Shown here in pieces: positions 34,540 through 43,810 of a stretch of 64,000 nucleotides of DNA. How positions within the stretch are numbered: position 1 is the stretch's first letter; every line of letters starts with the position of its first letter. The DNA lies in the sequence record NC_005066.1; one strand, 5' to 3'. This stretch comes from Escherichia phage RB49. A program made the translations under genes and the position numbers. The notes under the pieces are model-generated. The model ran no database searches and was not told where the DNA came from. It saw only the letters and a list, made by a program, of their open reading frames with translations.

Positions 34540-36783
34540 TTACAGCTTGCAAGATGAGCACTCGCTAGCGTCTTCCGTACCATCAGCACCATCACGCACG
34601 TTAGCGTAATACAGGGTTTTCAGACCGTAATATTGAGCAAACAGCATATCATCTAACACATCAGCAATATCGACTTTACCAGTCTTATAAGTGCTTGGAT
34701 CGTATGATGTATTGGAACTAATCGCCTGATCCACAAACTTCTGCATGATCGCTGCCAGTGTCAGATAAGGCTTGTTACCTTTCTTGATCAGTGTCCAAAG
34801 CAGGTCAATAACATCAGCATTATTCTCTACGTTCGGAATAACCTGATTAAATTGCCCTTCTTTCGATCCTTTAACCGATACAATCCCGCGAGGCGGTTCA
34901 ATACCATTTGTGCTGTTAGACACCTGAGAGGACGACTCACAAGGCATCAGCGCCGACAGTGTACTGTTACGAATGCCATATTTTTTCAGGTCTTTGCGCA
35001 GTTCTTCCCAATCCATCTCATACACCGGATCAACCAGTTCATCTACTGTCTTTTTGTACCAGTCGATAGGCAGTTCACCGCGTCCATAACGTGTTTCGTG
35101 CATCAGTTCGCAAGCACCCTTCTCTTTAGCCAGTTGCACACTAGCCTTAATCAGAGCATATTGCAAGCGTTCAAACGTTTTATGCGTAAACTCGTTAGCG
35201 TCTTCATATGTGAAGAAATTATCCGCTAGATATGACGCAAAGTTAGTCACACCAACACCCAGAGAGCGACGTTTTTTGGCTGTTAGAGCTTGTTCTACAG
35301 GATAATCCTGATAATCTAACAGGTTGTCCAGTGCACGCACCATAACCATAGCAATGCGTTCTACTTCTTCCATATTTTCGATATCGAAATTACCTAAAAC
35401 ATATGCTGCCAAAGTACATAGGCTAATTTCTGAATCATCACGACCCATCGGTTTAGTAGGCAGTGCAATTTCACAACACAGGTTAGATTGTTTAATCGGT
35501 GCTACATTACGAATAAACGCCCCGTGATTGTTCATGTTGTCTGTGAACGTTGGGTAGATTCGACCAGTGTTAAAACGTTCAATTGCCACCGCTAAAAACA
35601 GGTCTTCGGCTTTAACACGAGTTTTACGAACACTCGGATCTTTTTCCAGTTTTTCGTAAAGCTGGCGGAAACCTTCCTCATCTCGGAAGTATAGATCCCA
35701 CAACAAGCCACCCGCAACATCTGGACTAAACAGAGTAATGTAATCCCGTTTAAGGAATCGCTCTACCATCAGGTTATTAATCTGTACGCCGTAATCAAGA
35801 TGACGAATGCGGTTATCTTCCACCCCCTTATTGTTCTTTAACACAATCAGACTTTCAAACTCTAAATGCCACATTGGGTAATAGAGAGTCGCCGCCCCGC
35901 CACGAATACCGCCTTGTGAGCATGACTTAACGGCAGTCTGAAAATGTTTCCAGAATGGGATAACGCCAGTATGACGAACTTCACCATGCCCGATCTTAGA
36001 TCCTTCCGCGCGAATCATACCAGCGTTGATACCGATGCCAGCACGCTTGCTAATATACTTGATGATTGCATTTGCTGTTTCGTTGATGCCCTGCAATGAG
36101 TCATCACTTTCAATCACCACGCACGAACTAAATTGTCGTGTTGGAGTACGCACACCCGCCATAATCGGAGTAGGCAGAGAGATTTGCTTATTCGCAACAG
36201 CATTATAAAAATCAATCACATGTTCAAGTCTATTTTCTGTCTCTTCTTGATGTAAGCACATACCGATCAGCATATACGCAAATTGCGGTGTTTCGATGAT
36301 TTTCTTAGTGCTGCGATCCTGAACAAGATATTTCTCTTTTAACTGCATCGCACCAGCATAGGTCATTTTAAAATCAAGTTTATGGTCGATGAATTTCTCC
36401 AGATATTCCACTTCTTCACGGGAATACTTTTGCAGAATTTCGCGATCATATTTTCCGGTTGCAATATTACGCTCAATATGGCTGTAAAAATCAATCGGTT
36501 GGAATTGACCGTATACTGATTTGCGAAGCGCGAACATTGCAAGGTTACTTGCTACATATTGATAATCGGGCGTTTCTACCGTGATGTTATCTGCGGCGAC
36601 CTTAATCAATACTTTCTGGATATCATTGGTAGACATACCTTCTGTCAGAAGTGGTTCAACCATATCAAACAATTCATATGGATCAACGTTATGACCTTCG
36701 GCTGCCGCTTCCAGAATTTTCATTACTTTTTCTTTTTCAAACGGAACAGTCAGACCGGAAGACTTAACAACATTTTTAATCAT
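34540..36783 (-). CDS. nrdA: ribonucleotide reductase class Ia large subunit
   Basis: 747 aa; NLCCEIALP active-site motif; C-terminal Cys pair (CSSCKL). Confidence 0.9.
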   Translation of the reverse strand: MIKNVVKSSGLTVPFEKEKVMKILEAAAEGHNVDPYELFDMVEPLLTEGMSTNDIQKVLIKVAADNITVETPDYQYVASNLAMFALRKSVYGQFQPIDFYSHIERNIATGKYDREILQKYSREEVEYLEKFIDHKLDFKMTYAGAMQLKEKYLVQDRSTKKIIETPQFAYMLIGMCLHQEETENRLEHVIDFYNAVANKQISLPTPIMAGVRTPTRQFSSCVVIESDDSLQGINETANAIIKYISKRAGIGINAGMIRAEGSKIGHGEVRHTGVIPFWKHFQTAVKSCSQGGIRGGAATLYYPMWHLEFESLIVLKNNKGVEDNRIRHLDYGVQINNLMVERFLKRDYITLFSPDVAGGLLWDLYFRDEEGFRQLYEKLEKDPSVRKTRVKAEDLFLAVAIERFNTGRIYPTFTDNMNNHGAFIRNVAPIKQSNLCCEIALPTKPMGRDDSEISLCTLAAYVLGNFDIENMEEVERIAMVMVRALDNLLDYQDYPVEQALTAKKRRSLGVGVTNFASYLADNFFTYEDANEFTHKTFERLQYALIKASVQLAKEKGACELMHETRYGRGELPIDWYKKTVDELVDPVYEMDWEELRKDLKKYGIRNSTLSALMPCESSSQVSNSTNGIEPPRGIVSVKGSKEGQFNQVIPNVENNADVIDLLWTLIKKGNKPYLTLAAIMQKFVDQAISSNTSYDPSTYKTGKVDIADVLDDMLFAQYYGLKTLYYANVRDGADGTEDASECSSCKL

Positions 36784-36851
36784 ATTACCTCACTTCATAT
36801 TTTAGCAGGAACAAGTTTATCCTCCATATTGGGGGCTTTCGCCCCCTTTGT

Positions 36852-38084
36852 TTATACTGCCATTTGAGCGGTGATTGCTGGATGGCTTTGATAGTTGTGA
36901 ATTTTAAAATCTTTCGGAGTCTTTGTCAATACCTCATCTAAAGATTTAAATTCCGGCAACTCAATTGTTGGTTTATCAAACGGAACACGGCTTAACTGTT
37001 CCATAACTTGATCAAAATGGTTTTTGTAAATGTGAGTATCTCCACCAGAGAAAATCAGTTCTCCTACCTCAAGATCACACATTTTCGCTATGATGTGAGT
37101 TAACAGCGCATAGCTGGCGACGTTAAAGGGCAAGCCCAAAAAGCTGTCTACGCTTCGCTGAAACCACATACAAGACAGTTTACCTTCATTGACGTAGAAT
37201 TGTACGAACGGATGACATACACCCAACACAGCATTATGTGTTCCTTGTACGTTCCATGAGTCAATAATGATCCGGCGATCCGTTGGATTGTTTTTAATTT
37301 GTTCAATCACGTTTTGTAACTGGTCTTCCCAAATCTTCGGGCGATAGACATATTCTTCATCGTCTTTAGTGCTCGATGTGTCTACGTCCATACTAGCAAA
37401 GATCGTGGTATCTGGTGCTAAAATATCCCCACCCAGATAATCACTATCAAGCAGATAACCGAAATAACCATCATCTACCCATTCCTGGAATCCCCACAAG
37501 CAATATGCATCATTAACAAAATTAGATTGAGTCTTCCAGTGGTCTGCTACTAAGAATAGATTATACTCAGAATCAAACTCTTCATAACGCATACCACGCC
37601 AGATAGCACATAAACGGTCTTCTGTTTCATTGGTTGGCGTAAAGTCTTCTACCCACGGGTGTTTAAATGTATGTGTATATTTGCTCTTAACGCGCTTAAT
37701 TTTGATTTCACCGTGTGGATGAATCGGTTTGCGTCGCCATGCCATACCATACATATTACCGACATTATAACCATTGAATCGCAAAGGATTCTTTTCTTTC
37801 ATATCAAGACAGTTGCCGCGCCAAATATCAAAGGCTTCCTCGTCAAACTTACCGCGTGTAATTTCCTGTAAGCGACGGCGGTCAAGTGATCCCTCCATAA
37901 ACCATAGCAACTCGCCAATTACAGAGGCTGTAGCCATCTTTTTAGTGGTCAGTAAGGGGAAACCCTTGCTTAAATCAATTCGCATCTCTGCGCCGAATTT
38001 AGAGAGCGTACCTACCCCCGTGCGGTCTTCACGAGGCCAACCATTATCAAGAACATCACGCAATAGTTTCAAATATTCTTTCAT
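36852..38084 (-). CDS. td: thymidylate synthase with ~125-aa internal insertion
   Basis: Collinear with E. coli ThyA at both ends (RTGVGTLS..., DRRIIIDSWN, CHPFVQFYV..KLSC.W.QRS.D.FLGLPFN.ASYALLTH, GDTHIY, AITAQMAV); extra segment residues ~125-252. Confidence 0.9.
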   Translation of the reverse strand: MKEYLKLLRDVLDNGWPREDRTGVGTLSKFGAEMRIDLSKGFPLLTTKKMATASVIGELLWFMEGSLDRRRLQEITRGKFDEEAFDIWRGNCLDMKEKNPLRFNGYNVGNMYGMAWRRKPIHPHGEIKIKRVKSKYTHTFKHPWVEDFTPTNETEDRLCAIWRGMRYEEFDSEYNLFLVADHWKTQSNFVNDAYCLWGFQEWVDDGYFGYLLDSDYLGGDILAPDTTIFASMDVDTSSTKDDEEYVYRPKIWEDQLQNVIEQIKNNPTDRRIIIDSWNVQGTHNAVLGVCHPFVQFYVNEGKLSCMWFQRSVDSFLGLPFNVASYALLTHIIAKMCDLEVGELIFSGGDTHIYKNHFDQVMEQLSRVPFDKPTIELPEFKSLDEVLTKTPKDFKIHNYQSHPAITAQMAV

Positions 38085-38325
38085 CCCACATCACCTTTTT
38101 CTTGTTGATTGCTTTCTTACGCAGTTTTGCTACTGTCTCGTCAATATCGATAAAGACAACGCCACGGTCGAATACAGTAGCAGGTCTTGAAATGTCGCTA
38201 TTTTCCTGTACTGGAAGCCATGATGCGCTCGCTTCATCATAGAGATATTGTAAACCATAATAATCTACGGCTACTGCGTAGTTTTCACTGGTAGCCGTCC
38301 ATAATTGAATAATACCGACTTTCAT
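38056..38325 (-). CDS. small protein (~90 aa) between frd and td
   Basis: Track ORF (begins at GTG); start uncertain. Confidence 0.4.
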   Translation of the reverse strand: MKVGIIQLWTATSENYAVAVDYYGLQYLYDEASASWLPVQENSDISRPATVFDRGVVFIDIDETVAKLRKKAINKKKVMWDERIFETIA

Positions 38326-38418
38326 TATTGTTCCCGTCCGCAATGTAAGCACCGACTACCAGCAAACATCAAAGATTCACCACAATGTTTGCACTCATAA
38401 TCTGTAAGAATTTTCATG

Positions 38419-38988
38419 TTACGCCTTCTTACGTTCTAAGATTTGTTCGCTGATCAGGTAATCATCAAGGAAGTAATTATGTTCTTCTTTTGTTGCAAAG
38501 TCAAAATATAATTCCTGAATCATTTCCTTAGAAATACCAACATCATATTCAAATGGATCGTTGATTCCTGAACGTTGAACATACGTTAACACAATACGGT
38601 CCGCAAAGTCAACTGCTTTTTCAATCAGGGAAGGTCCACCAATAACACTTACCAAACCTTGCGTTTTCTCCAGGACTTTTAACAGATCCTTTAATTCAAT
38701 TCCAGTATACACATTAGGCTGGTCGCCGTTTTTGGCTTTCGGTGTCGGCTTGCTGGCATCGGTACTAATAACCACATTAAGACGACCTTCCAGTGCTTTA
38801 GGCAGACTTTCAAAGGTATTACGTCCCATTACAACCGCCGCAAGTTCAACATCTCCCATAGTGCGCATTTTAAAGTTTTCCATGTCCTTTTTGATTGGAC
38901 GACCCCACGGTAAACCGCCTTTAAAACCAAAAGCCCAATTTTCATCTGACATTTTAGTGTCACCAATCGCAAATACACATTGAATCAT
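38419..38988 (-). CDS. frd: dihydrofolate reductase
   Basis: GGLPWG motif, size 189 aa, adjacent to td. Confidence 0.85.
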   Translation of the reverse strand: MIQCVFAIGDTKMSDENWAFGFKGGLPWGRPIKKDMENFKMRTMGDVELAAVVMGRNTFESLPKALEGRLNVVISTDASKPTPKAKNGDQPNVYTGIELKDLLKVLEKTQGLVSVIGGPSLIEKAVDFADRIVLTYVQRSGINDPFEYDVGISKEMIQELYFDFATKEEHNYFLDDYLISEQILERKKA

Positions 38989-39003
38989 AATATAAATCTC
39001 CCA

Positions 39004-39333
39004 TCAAATCAGTTTGAAATAGTTTTCGTTTACATTTTCTTCTGTGATTGCGGTCTTAAATTCTTGACCGTTATCCGGTGTGATGAAATAACGGTCAGAA
39101 TAATCACGAAAACGTTTTAAGTGAGATACCCCAACATTAACACCATTTTCCCAGAAACGAAAGGTAATCATTTTTGGTTCATATCGATAGTCGCTGGTTA
39201 ACACAGTACCATCACCGCGACGGGCTTCATAAACCGTAATACATTCACGATTAGCGGCTTTTAGGCATTCTTCAATAGTGCCACATGAGATAATACTTAC
39301 TTTTTCATCTACGATTTGTTCTACAGTCCACAT
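39004..39333 (-). CDS. hypothetical protein (109 aa)
   Basis: Track ORF preceded by PeSL. Confidence 0.5.
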   Translation of the reverse strand: MWTVEQIVDEKVSIISCGTIEECLKAANRECITVYEARRGDGTVLTSDYRYEPKMITFRFWENGVNVGVSHLKRFRDYSDRYFITPDNGQEFKTAITEENVNENYFKLI

Positions 39334-39400
39334 AATATAGTCCTCACTTTGATTCGATGTTTGTATTATACACTGTTGCGTTACGCTGTCAACTCTTTTT
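39334..39400 (-). promoter_or_regulatory. PeSL-like early promoter cassette
   Basis: agtcctcac...cgatgtttgtattatacac...gctgtcaactcttttt. Confidence 0.6.
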
Positions 39401-40838
39401 CAAAAGATTTTACGATATACATGATAGTGCTCAATTCAGACGGCGCTACTGTCTCTGTCCAACCATCCGGCATATCTTCTTTCGAGATATAGGAAGTTTT
39501 ACCTTTCATCGCTTCCTTGATCTTGTTCTCTAAGTCTAAGATCTTTTGACCGTCTTGTAAAGTCAGTTCATAAAAGATCTCGTGGTCGAATTTAGAAACG
39601 TTAGATTGCTGTTTCATTCTTTCTTGTGTTGTTTTATTTGTTATACCAAATTTAATTCCCACCAAGAAAGAATCTTTAATTATTTTCTGTATATACAATA
39701 CGCCTTTTTTGGATGGTCTAAATCCATAATGTGCACAATTCGGACATCCTTTACCAGATAAAAAATTTTGTGCGGATGTTGTATATTCTCCACAATTAGA
39801 ACACAACAATTTTAGATTTTTTACTTTTCCTCCTTTATAACCAGAATCAAAGCATACAAATGTTATATTATCACGGTCTTTAGATTCTTTAATAATATCG
39901 AGCATGGCTTCTTCTTCGGTTTTTAATCCAACCCCAGCACATTTAGCACACCCGTTTCTTCCATTTTTAATAGAATTTAATGATGTTGTATACTCACCGT
40001 GTCGGTGACAACTAACTACCAAATTTTTTGTGTTTATATTTTTATAGCCATCAATAAAACCAACAACAGTTAAACCGAGTTGATCTGCACACTCTTTTGC
40101 AAAATTAATAGCGTCTTCTTCTGAAAATGTTCTCTTAGACACTGCTTTATTTTTACTACATATAGGACAGCCACGACCCAACCTACAGAAATTGTAATAA
40201 CTGGTTTTAAATTCACCATGAATAAAACATTCAACAATTAAATTTCTCTCATTGTTTTTTACATACCCACCTTCAAATCCGACAACTACACAATTTCCTA
40301 GTATATTTGCACGTTCGACCGCTTCTAGTGTAACAATGTTTATGTCATATTTTGGTGTTCCTTTGCATTTAGGACAACCACGCCCTTGCATATATTTGTT
40401 ATGCGAAGTTTTATATTCTCCATGATGTTTACAGTTCACTATAAGATTTCTGTATGCGCTTGTTTTATATCCACCGTCGAATCCTATAATATCTTCGGTT
40501 TCTCTTTTCTGAGACTCCATCAAAACATCGGCAAGTGCTTTATTAGTTGAGTTTCTTCTGATTTCAGCAACTCTATTGGTTGCACATTTTTTACAGCCAT
40601 AGTTTTTTTCGTAATTTCCGATATTTGACGTGAAGATGTTTTTACATTTGCATAATATACATGCTTTTGTTTTAACAGAATTCCATTCACCAATAAAGCC
40701 AAGATATATATGTTTTTTGGATAATGATATTTTAATAAATCTTTTCTCATATTCCATAGGAGAAATAGCACTAGATGTTTTTCCAGTCCATTGAATGTCT
40801 TTAGCATATCTAAGAATTGTCATTGATTTAATTTTCAT
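39381..40838 (-). CDS. large protein with five tandem Zn-ribbon modules and C-terminal GIY-YIG/T5orf172-like segment
   Basis: Repeats C-x2-[HC]GE[YF]xTS...G.GCPxC x5, each followed by GF.GGY; C-terminal GVLYIQKII...GIKFGITNKTTQER. Confidence 0.7.
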   Translation of the reverse strand: MKIKSMTILRYAKDIQWTGKTSSAISPMEYEKRFIKISLSKKHIYLGFIGEWNSVKTKACILCKCKNIFTSNIGNYEKNYGCKKCATNRVAEIRRNSTNKALADVLMESQKRETEDIIGFDGGYKTSAYRNLIVNCKHHGEYKTSHNKYMQGRGCPKCKGTPKYDINIVTLEAVERANILGNCVVVGFEGGYVKNNERNLIVECFIHGEFKTSYYNFCRLGRGCPICSKNKAVSKRTFSEEDAINFAKECADQLGLTVVGFIDGYKNINTKNLVVSCHRHGEYTTSLNSIKNGRNGCAKCAGVGLKTEEEAMLDIIKESKDRDNITFVCFDSGYKGGKVKNLKLLCSNCGEYTTSAQNFLSGKGCPNCAHYGFRPSKKGVLYIQKIIKDSFLVGIKFGITNKTTQERMKQQSNVSKFDHEIFYELTLQDGQKILDLENKIKEAMKGKTSYISKEDMPDGWTETVAPSELSTIMYIVKSFEKELTA

Positions 40839-40905
40839 ATTTTATCCTCCGTTGTTTCGATGTTTGTATTATACATTACCACATAGTCATGTCAACACCT
40901 TTTTC
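40839..40905 (-). promoter_or_regulatory. PeSL-like early promoter cassette
   Basis: tatcctccgttgtttcgatgtttgtattatac...catgtcaacaccttttt. Confidence 0.6.
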
Positions 40906-40919
40906 ATAAATTTTTAGGC

Positions 40920-40948
40920 AATAAAAAAGCCTCCCCGAAGGGAGGCTG
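40920..40948 (-). terminator. intrinsic terminator after gene 32
   Basis: GCCTCCC-cgaa-GGGAGGC hairpin with T6 on minus strand. Confidence 0.7.
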
Positions 40949-40957
40949 TAAAATTCA

Positions 40958-41926
40958 TTACATCGCTAACAGAGAGTCCAGGTCATCCAGATCAGAAGCG
41001 GAGGAAGTACCGCCACCCAGATCCAGTGATGCCATCAGGTCATCAGCAGAAGAATCTGCCGCCGTGCTAGCTGCGTTAATACCAACTACAGTGCTAGCTG
41101 CGGCAATACCAGAATCGAATGCATTTAAAGCAGCGTCAAAATCGTCAAGCTGGCTGTTAATCGCTGCCGCAGCACTGGAAGCCGCAGCACCAGCTACCAT
41201 AGAAACGCCCATAGTTTTCTTAAATTTGGTTTCCAGTTCATCGAACGGTTTAAACTGGCTAGGCGCTACAATCTCACTCAGATCAACCATGTTTTCCATC
41301 AGATATTTCTGATATGCTTCGTCTTCAATTTTCGGAAGCTGTGATTGCTGCATGAAACGAGAATCATCATAGTTCTGGTGTTTATCAACCTTCTTAGCTT
41401 TCAGGAGGAAGTTAGCACCGGAGAACACACAAGTTACATCTACCGGAACTTCGCCCATGTCGGTATTCACGTTCACCATTGCAACGATCTTATCATAAAT
41501 TTTCTGACCGAAGCGGAATTTGAATACCTTACCTTCATTTTCTGGTGCTTGAGGATCTTTCAGTACCAGAATATTTGCGTAGTAAGAGGCTTTACGCTTA
41601 ATCAGTTGCCATTCTGTTTTATCGGTATTGTACAGATCTTTTTCGTTAATATATTTGCACACAGGGCAAGAATCAAAATCACCGTGGGTGCTGGAGCAGT
41701 TTTCCCAATACCATTTACCATTAACTTTGAAGGAATGGTTTACCAGTTTCACAATCGGCAGACCGTCTTCTGTCTTAGACGGCAGGAAGCGAATCAGGGC
41801 TTCACCGTTACCTGCTGCATCAGTCTTAATCTTCCACTCTTTCGGATCTTCTTTGGAGAAACCGTTGCCACCTTTCAGTGCGGCCAGTTGAGCTTGCAGT
41901 TTGGAAGAATCTTGGCGTTTAAACAT
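40958..41926 (-). CDS. 32: gp32 single-stranded DNA-binding protein
   Basis: Collinear with T4 gp32 (MFKR..., IRFLPSK, zinc-site [14 protein letters not shown]), acidic C-terminus. Confidence 0.95.
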   Translation of the reverse strand: MFKRQDSSKLQAQLAALKGGNGFSKEDPKEWKIKTDAAGNGEALIRFLPSKTEDGLPIVKLVNHSFKVNGKWYWENCSSTHGDFDSCPVCKYINEKDLYNTDKTEWQLIKRKASYYANILVLKDPQAPENEGKVFKFRFGQKIYDKIVAMVNVNTDMGEVPVDVTCVFSGANFLLKAKKVDKHQNYDDSRFMQQSQLPKIEDEAYQKYLMENMVDLSEIVAPSQFKPFDELETKFKKTMGVSMVAGAAASSAAAAINSQLDDFDAALNAFDSGIAAASTVVGINAASTAADSSADDLMASLDLGGGTSSASDLDDLDSLLAM

Positions 41927-42000
41927 ATTCACTATTCCTTCTTTTGATTAATTTACTAGACTATTATACAGATTTAAATTTACTTGTCAACTATTTGTTT
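41927..42000 (-). promoter_or_regulatory. promoter region upstream of gene 32 with TTGACA-type -35
   Basis: tacttgtcaactatttg and tattatac motifs between 59 and 32. Confidence 0.45.
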
Positions 42001-42667
42001 CGACTTTTAATTGAGATATTTCTTTACACTCTTTAACTACTTTAACAAATAATGCTCTTGCTTTTGCGGCGTCAATAACAAGTAGTTTCTTATACGCCTT
42101 CATTTTAACACTATAAGTTTGCCAAATCAAGTCTTTGGCTACCTTGTCGTGTTCGTCGATTATATTTAGAAAGCTATCTAACAACATAAACGACTCAAAC
42201 GATATAATCCGATTTTGCAGTAGTTTAAAGATACCGCTAGTTTCGGTTGCGGGATTGTATGTAATTAGCTCTTTAAGAGTAACCCCGCGTTTCTCGGAGA
42301 AGTATACCAGACTTTTAATGTCATCGTCAAATCGTGTTGCCGCATCAGTGATTTTACCGATGTACTCCATGTAAAACCCGTATGCGTCAACATCGGTGAT
42401 TTCACCTACCCATGCATCGGTATTAGCTACCAGATTGCTTAGGAATAGGAAGTATAATTCTCTTAGATTGTACTTTTCCGCTAATTTTGCGAAATAATAC
42501 TTATCTCTGCGTTTATTGAATGCGGCATCAGACAACCGCATCCTCCAATTGTATTTTACGCAATCATAACGCCCGTTCATATGAGCTTTCATCATGCAAT
42601 ATAACATATACACAGATTTAGCATTAATTCGCATATCTGGATCTGGAGGAAGACGGTTTCTGATCAT
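41987..42667 (-). CDS. 59: gp59 helicase loader
   Basis: Collinear with T4 gp59 (KSVYMLYCMMKAHMNGRYDCVKYNW, ISFESFMLLDSFLNIIDEHD). Confidence 0.93.
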   Translation of the reverse strand: MIRNRLPPDPDMRINAKSVYMLYCMMKAHMNGRYDCVKYNWRMRLSDAAFNKRRDKYYFAKLAEKYNLRELYFLFLSNLVANTDAWVGEITDVDAYGFYMEYIGKITDAATRFDDDIKSLVYFSEKRGVTLKELITYNPATETSGIFKLLQNRIISFESFMLLDSFLNIIDEHDKVAKDLIWQTYSVKMKAYKKLLVIDAAKARALFVKVVKECKEISQLKVETNS

Positions 42668-42676
42668 ACATACCCC

Positions 42677-42946
42677 TTAAATATCGAGAGTGTTGGTCGG
42701 TTCGTCGATCACTCCCTTCCTGAGCGTTCTATTTACTATACATTCTTGTGTGATCTTGTCAATAATGGACACCGGAATATACTTCTGATAGTGACCATAT
42801 TCTATAGAGTTTTCCTCTACAAACTGAGTGGTCGCTTCAAGATAAGTCAATCCCTCTTCAACAACCAGTTTTTCGATTGCAAGACCGTTTGCTGTTTTGT
42901 TCGCGGCTTTTACCGCATGTTCATTAAGCATTGAACACCCGATCAT
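42677..42946 (-). CDS. small protein in gp33 position (late transcription co-activator?)
   Basis: Synteny only (59-33-dsbA-rnh in T4). Confidence 0.3.
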   Translation of the reverse strand: MIGCSMLNEHAVKAANKTANGLAIEKLVVEEGLTYLEATTQFVEENSIEYGHYQKYIPVSIIDKITQECIVNRTLRKGVIDEPTNTLDI

Positions 42947-43199
42947 AGAGTTCTACCGCTTCATCGCGTTCTGCTTCGAAGGTTTCGCGCTGTTGCTGGT
43001 GATACAGTTTAAACAGAATGCCCCACATTTTACCATCTACGCCTAATTCTTCTTTAGCACGCTGTTTGATCTCTTTGATCTTATCGCCATATGCTTCTTG
43101 AATGGTTTTCTGATCGCTGGCTTCTTTAATCAGTTGTGCCAGGGTATTTCCGTGCACTGCTTCGTCAAATACTACTTTTTCTTTTTTCTGTTCAGTCAT
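42924..43199 (-). CDS. small protein in DsbA position (dsDNA-binding late transcription enhancer?)
   Basis: Synteny and size (91 aa vs 89) only. Confidence 0.3.
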   Translation of the reverse strand: MTEQKKEKVVFDEAVHGNTLAQLIKEASDQKTIQEAYGDKIKEIKQRAKEELGVDGKMWGILFKLYHQQQRETFEAERDEAVELYDRVFNA

Positions 43200-43203
43200 A
43201 ATA

Positions 43204-43800
43204 TTAACCCTCTTTAGTCATTAATTGAAAACCACGTTCAGCTTTTGAGATTTCGCTAGGACTTAAATCGTCACCCACATATTCTAGCATCATTTCTCGG
43301 ATAATGTCAAGTGCTTTTTCATCACCTGATTTTAACTCGAACTCAAGTTCATAGTGAGCATCTCCCATTACTTCGCCGACTTTGCAATAATAGAAAGTGT
43401 CTTTGCACATTTCCACTATAGCACCCTCAAGGTCAATTGTCAATGACTTGCGGTATGTCATTACTTGAAGTAAAGGAACGATAAGGTCGGAGTTTACGCC
43501 TAGACTATCAACATAATGATAGAAATCATCCATTGTTGAAAAAGTAATTTCTTCTCGGTTGAAGAGTCCAGATTCACTATCACCTATTTTGACCATGATC
43601 AATGATCTATTAACGTCAAGTCGAGCATAAATTCCTTTTCGACGCAGTGCATGATCTTCGGTATCATAATAAAATTCGTGTTTTAGAGTGTTAGCACGAT
43701 CTACTAGATTGTACCCGTCATACATTGCTACCCACAAATCACAGATTGTTTCGACGCCAATTTGTGAGTGTGCATAGTATTTTAATTCAAGTTCTTTCAT
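43204..43800 (-). CDS. CYTH-like (triphosphate tunnel metalloenzyme) protein
   Basis: N-terminal ELELK (ExExK) motif, C-terminal ELEFELK acidic strand; 198 aa. Confidence 0.5.
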   Translation of the reverse strand: MKELELKYYAHSQIGVETICDLWVAMYDGYNLVDRANTLKHEFYYDTEDHALRRKGIYARLDVNRSLIMVKIGDSESGLFNREEITFSTMDDFYHYVDSLGVNSDLIVPLLQVMTYRKSLTIDLEGAIVEMCKDTFYYCKVGEVMGDAHYELEFELKSGDEKALDIIREMMLEYVGDDLSPSEISKAERGFQLMTKEG

Positions 43801-43810
43801 ATGTCAACCC

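Noticed and set aside
36852-38084. Group I intron or intein in td, as known for T4 td
   Set aside because: The reading frame is continuous through the extra segment; no intein boundary residues or endonuclease motifs; a structured intron RNA cannot be excluded without RNA data but is not needed to explain the ORF.
38314-38407. Tiny 30-aa Zn-ribbon-like ORF (MKILTDYECKHCGESLMFAGSRCLHCGREQ) between frd and td
   Set aside because: Too short to call confidently without expression or conservation evidence; noted as a possible micro-protein only.
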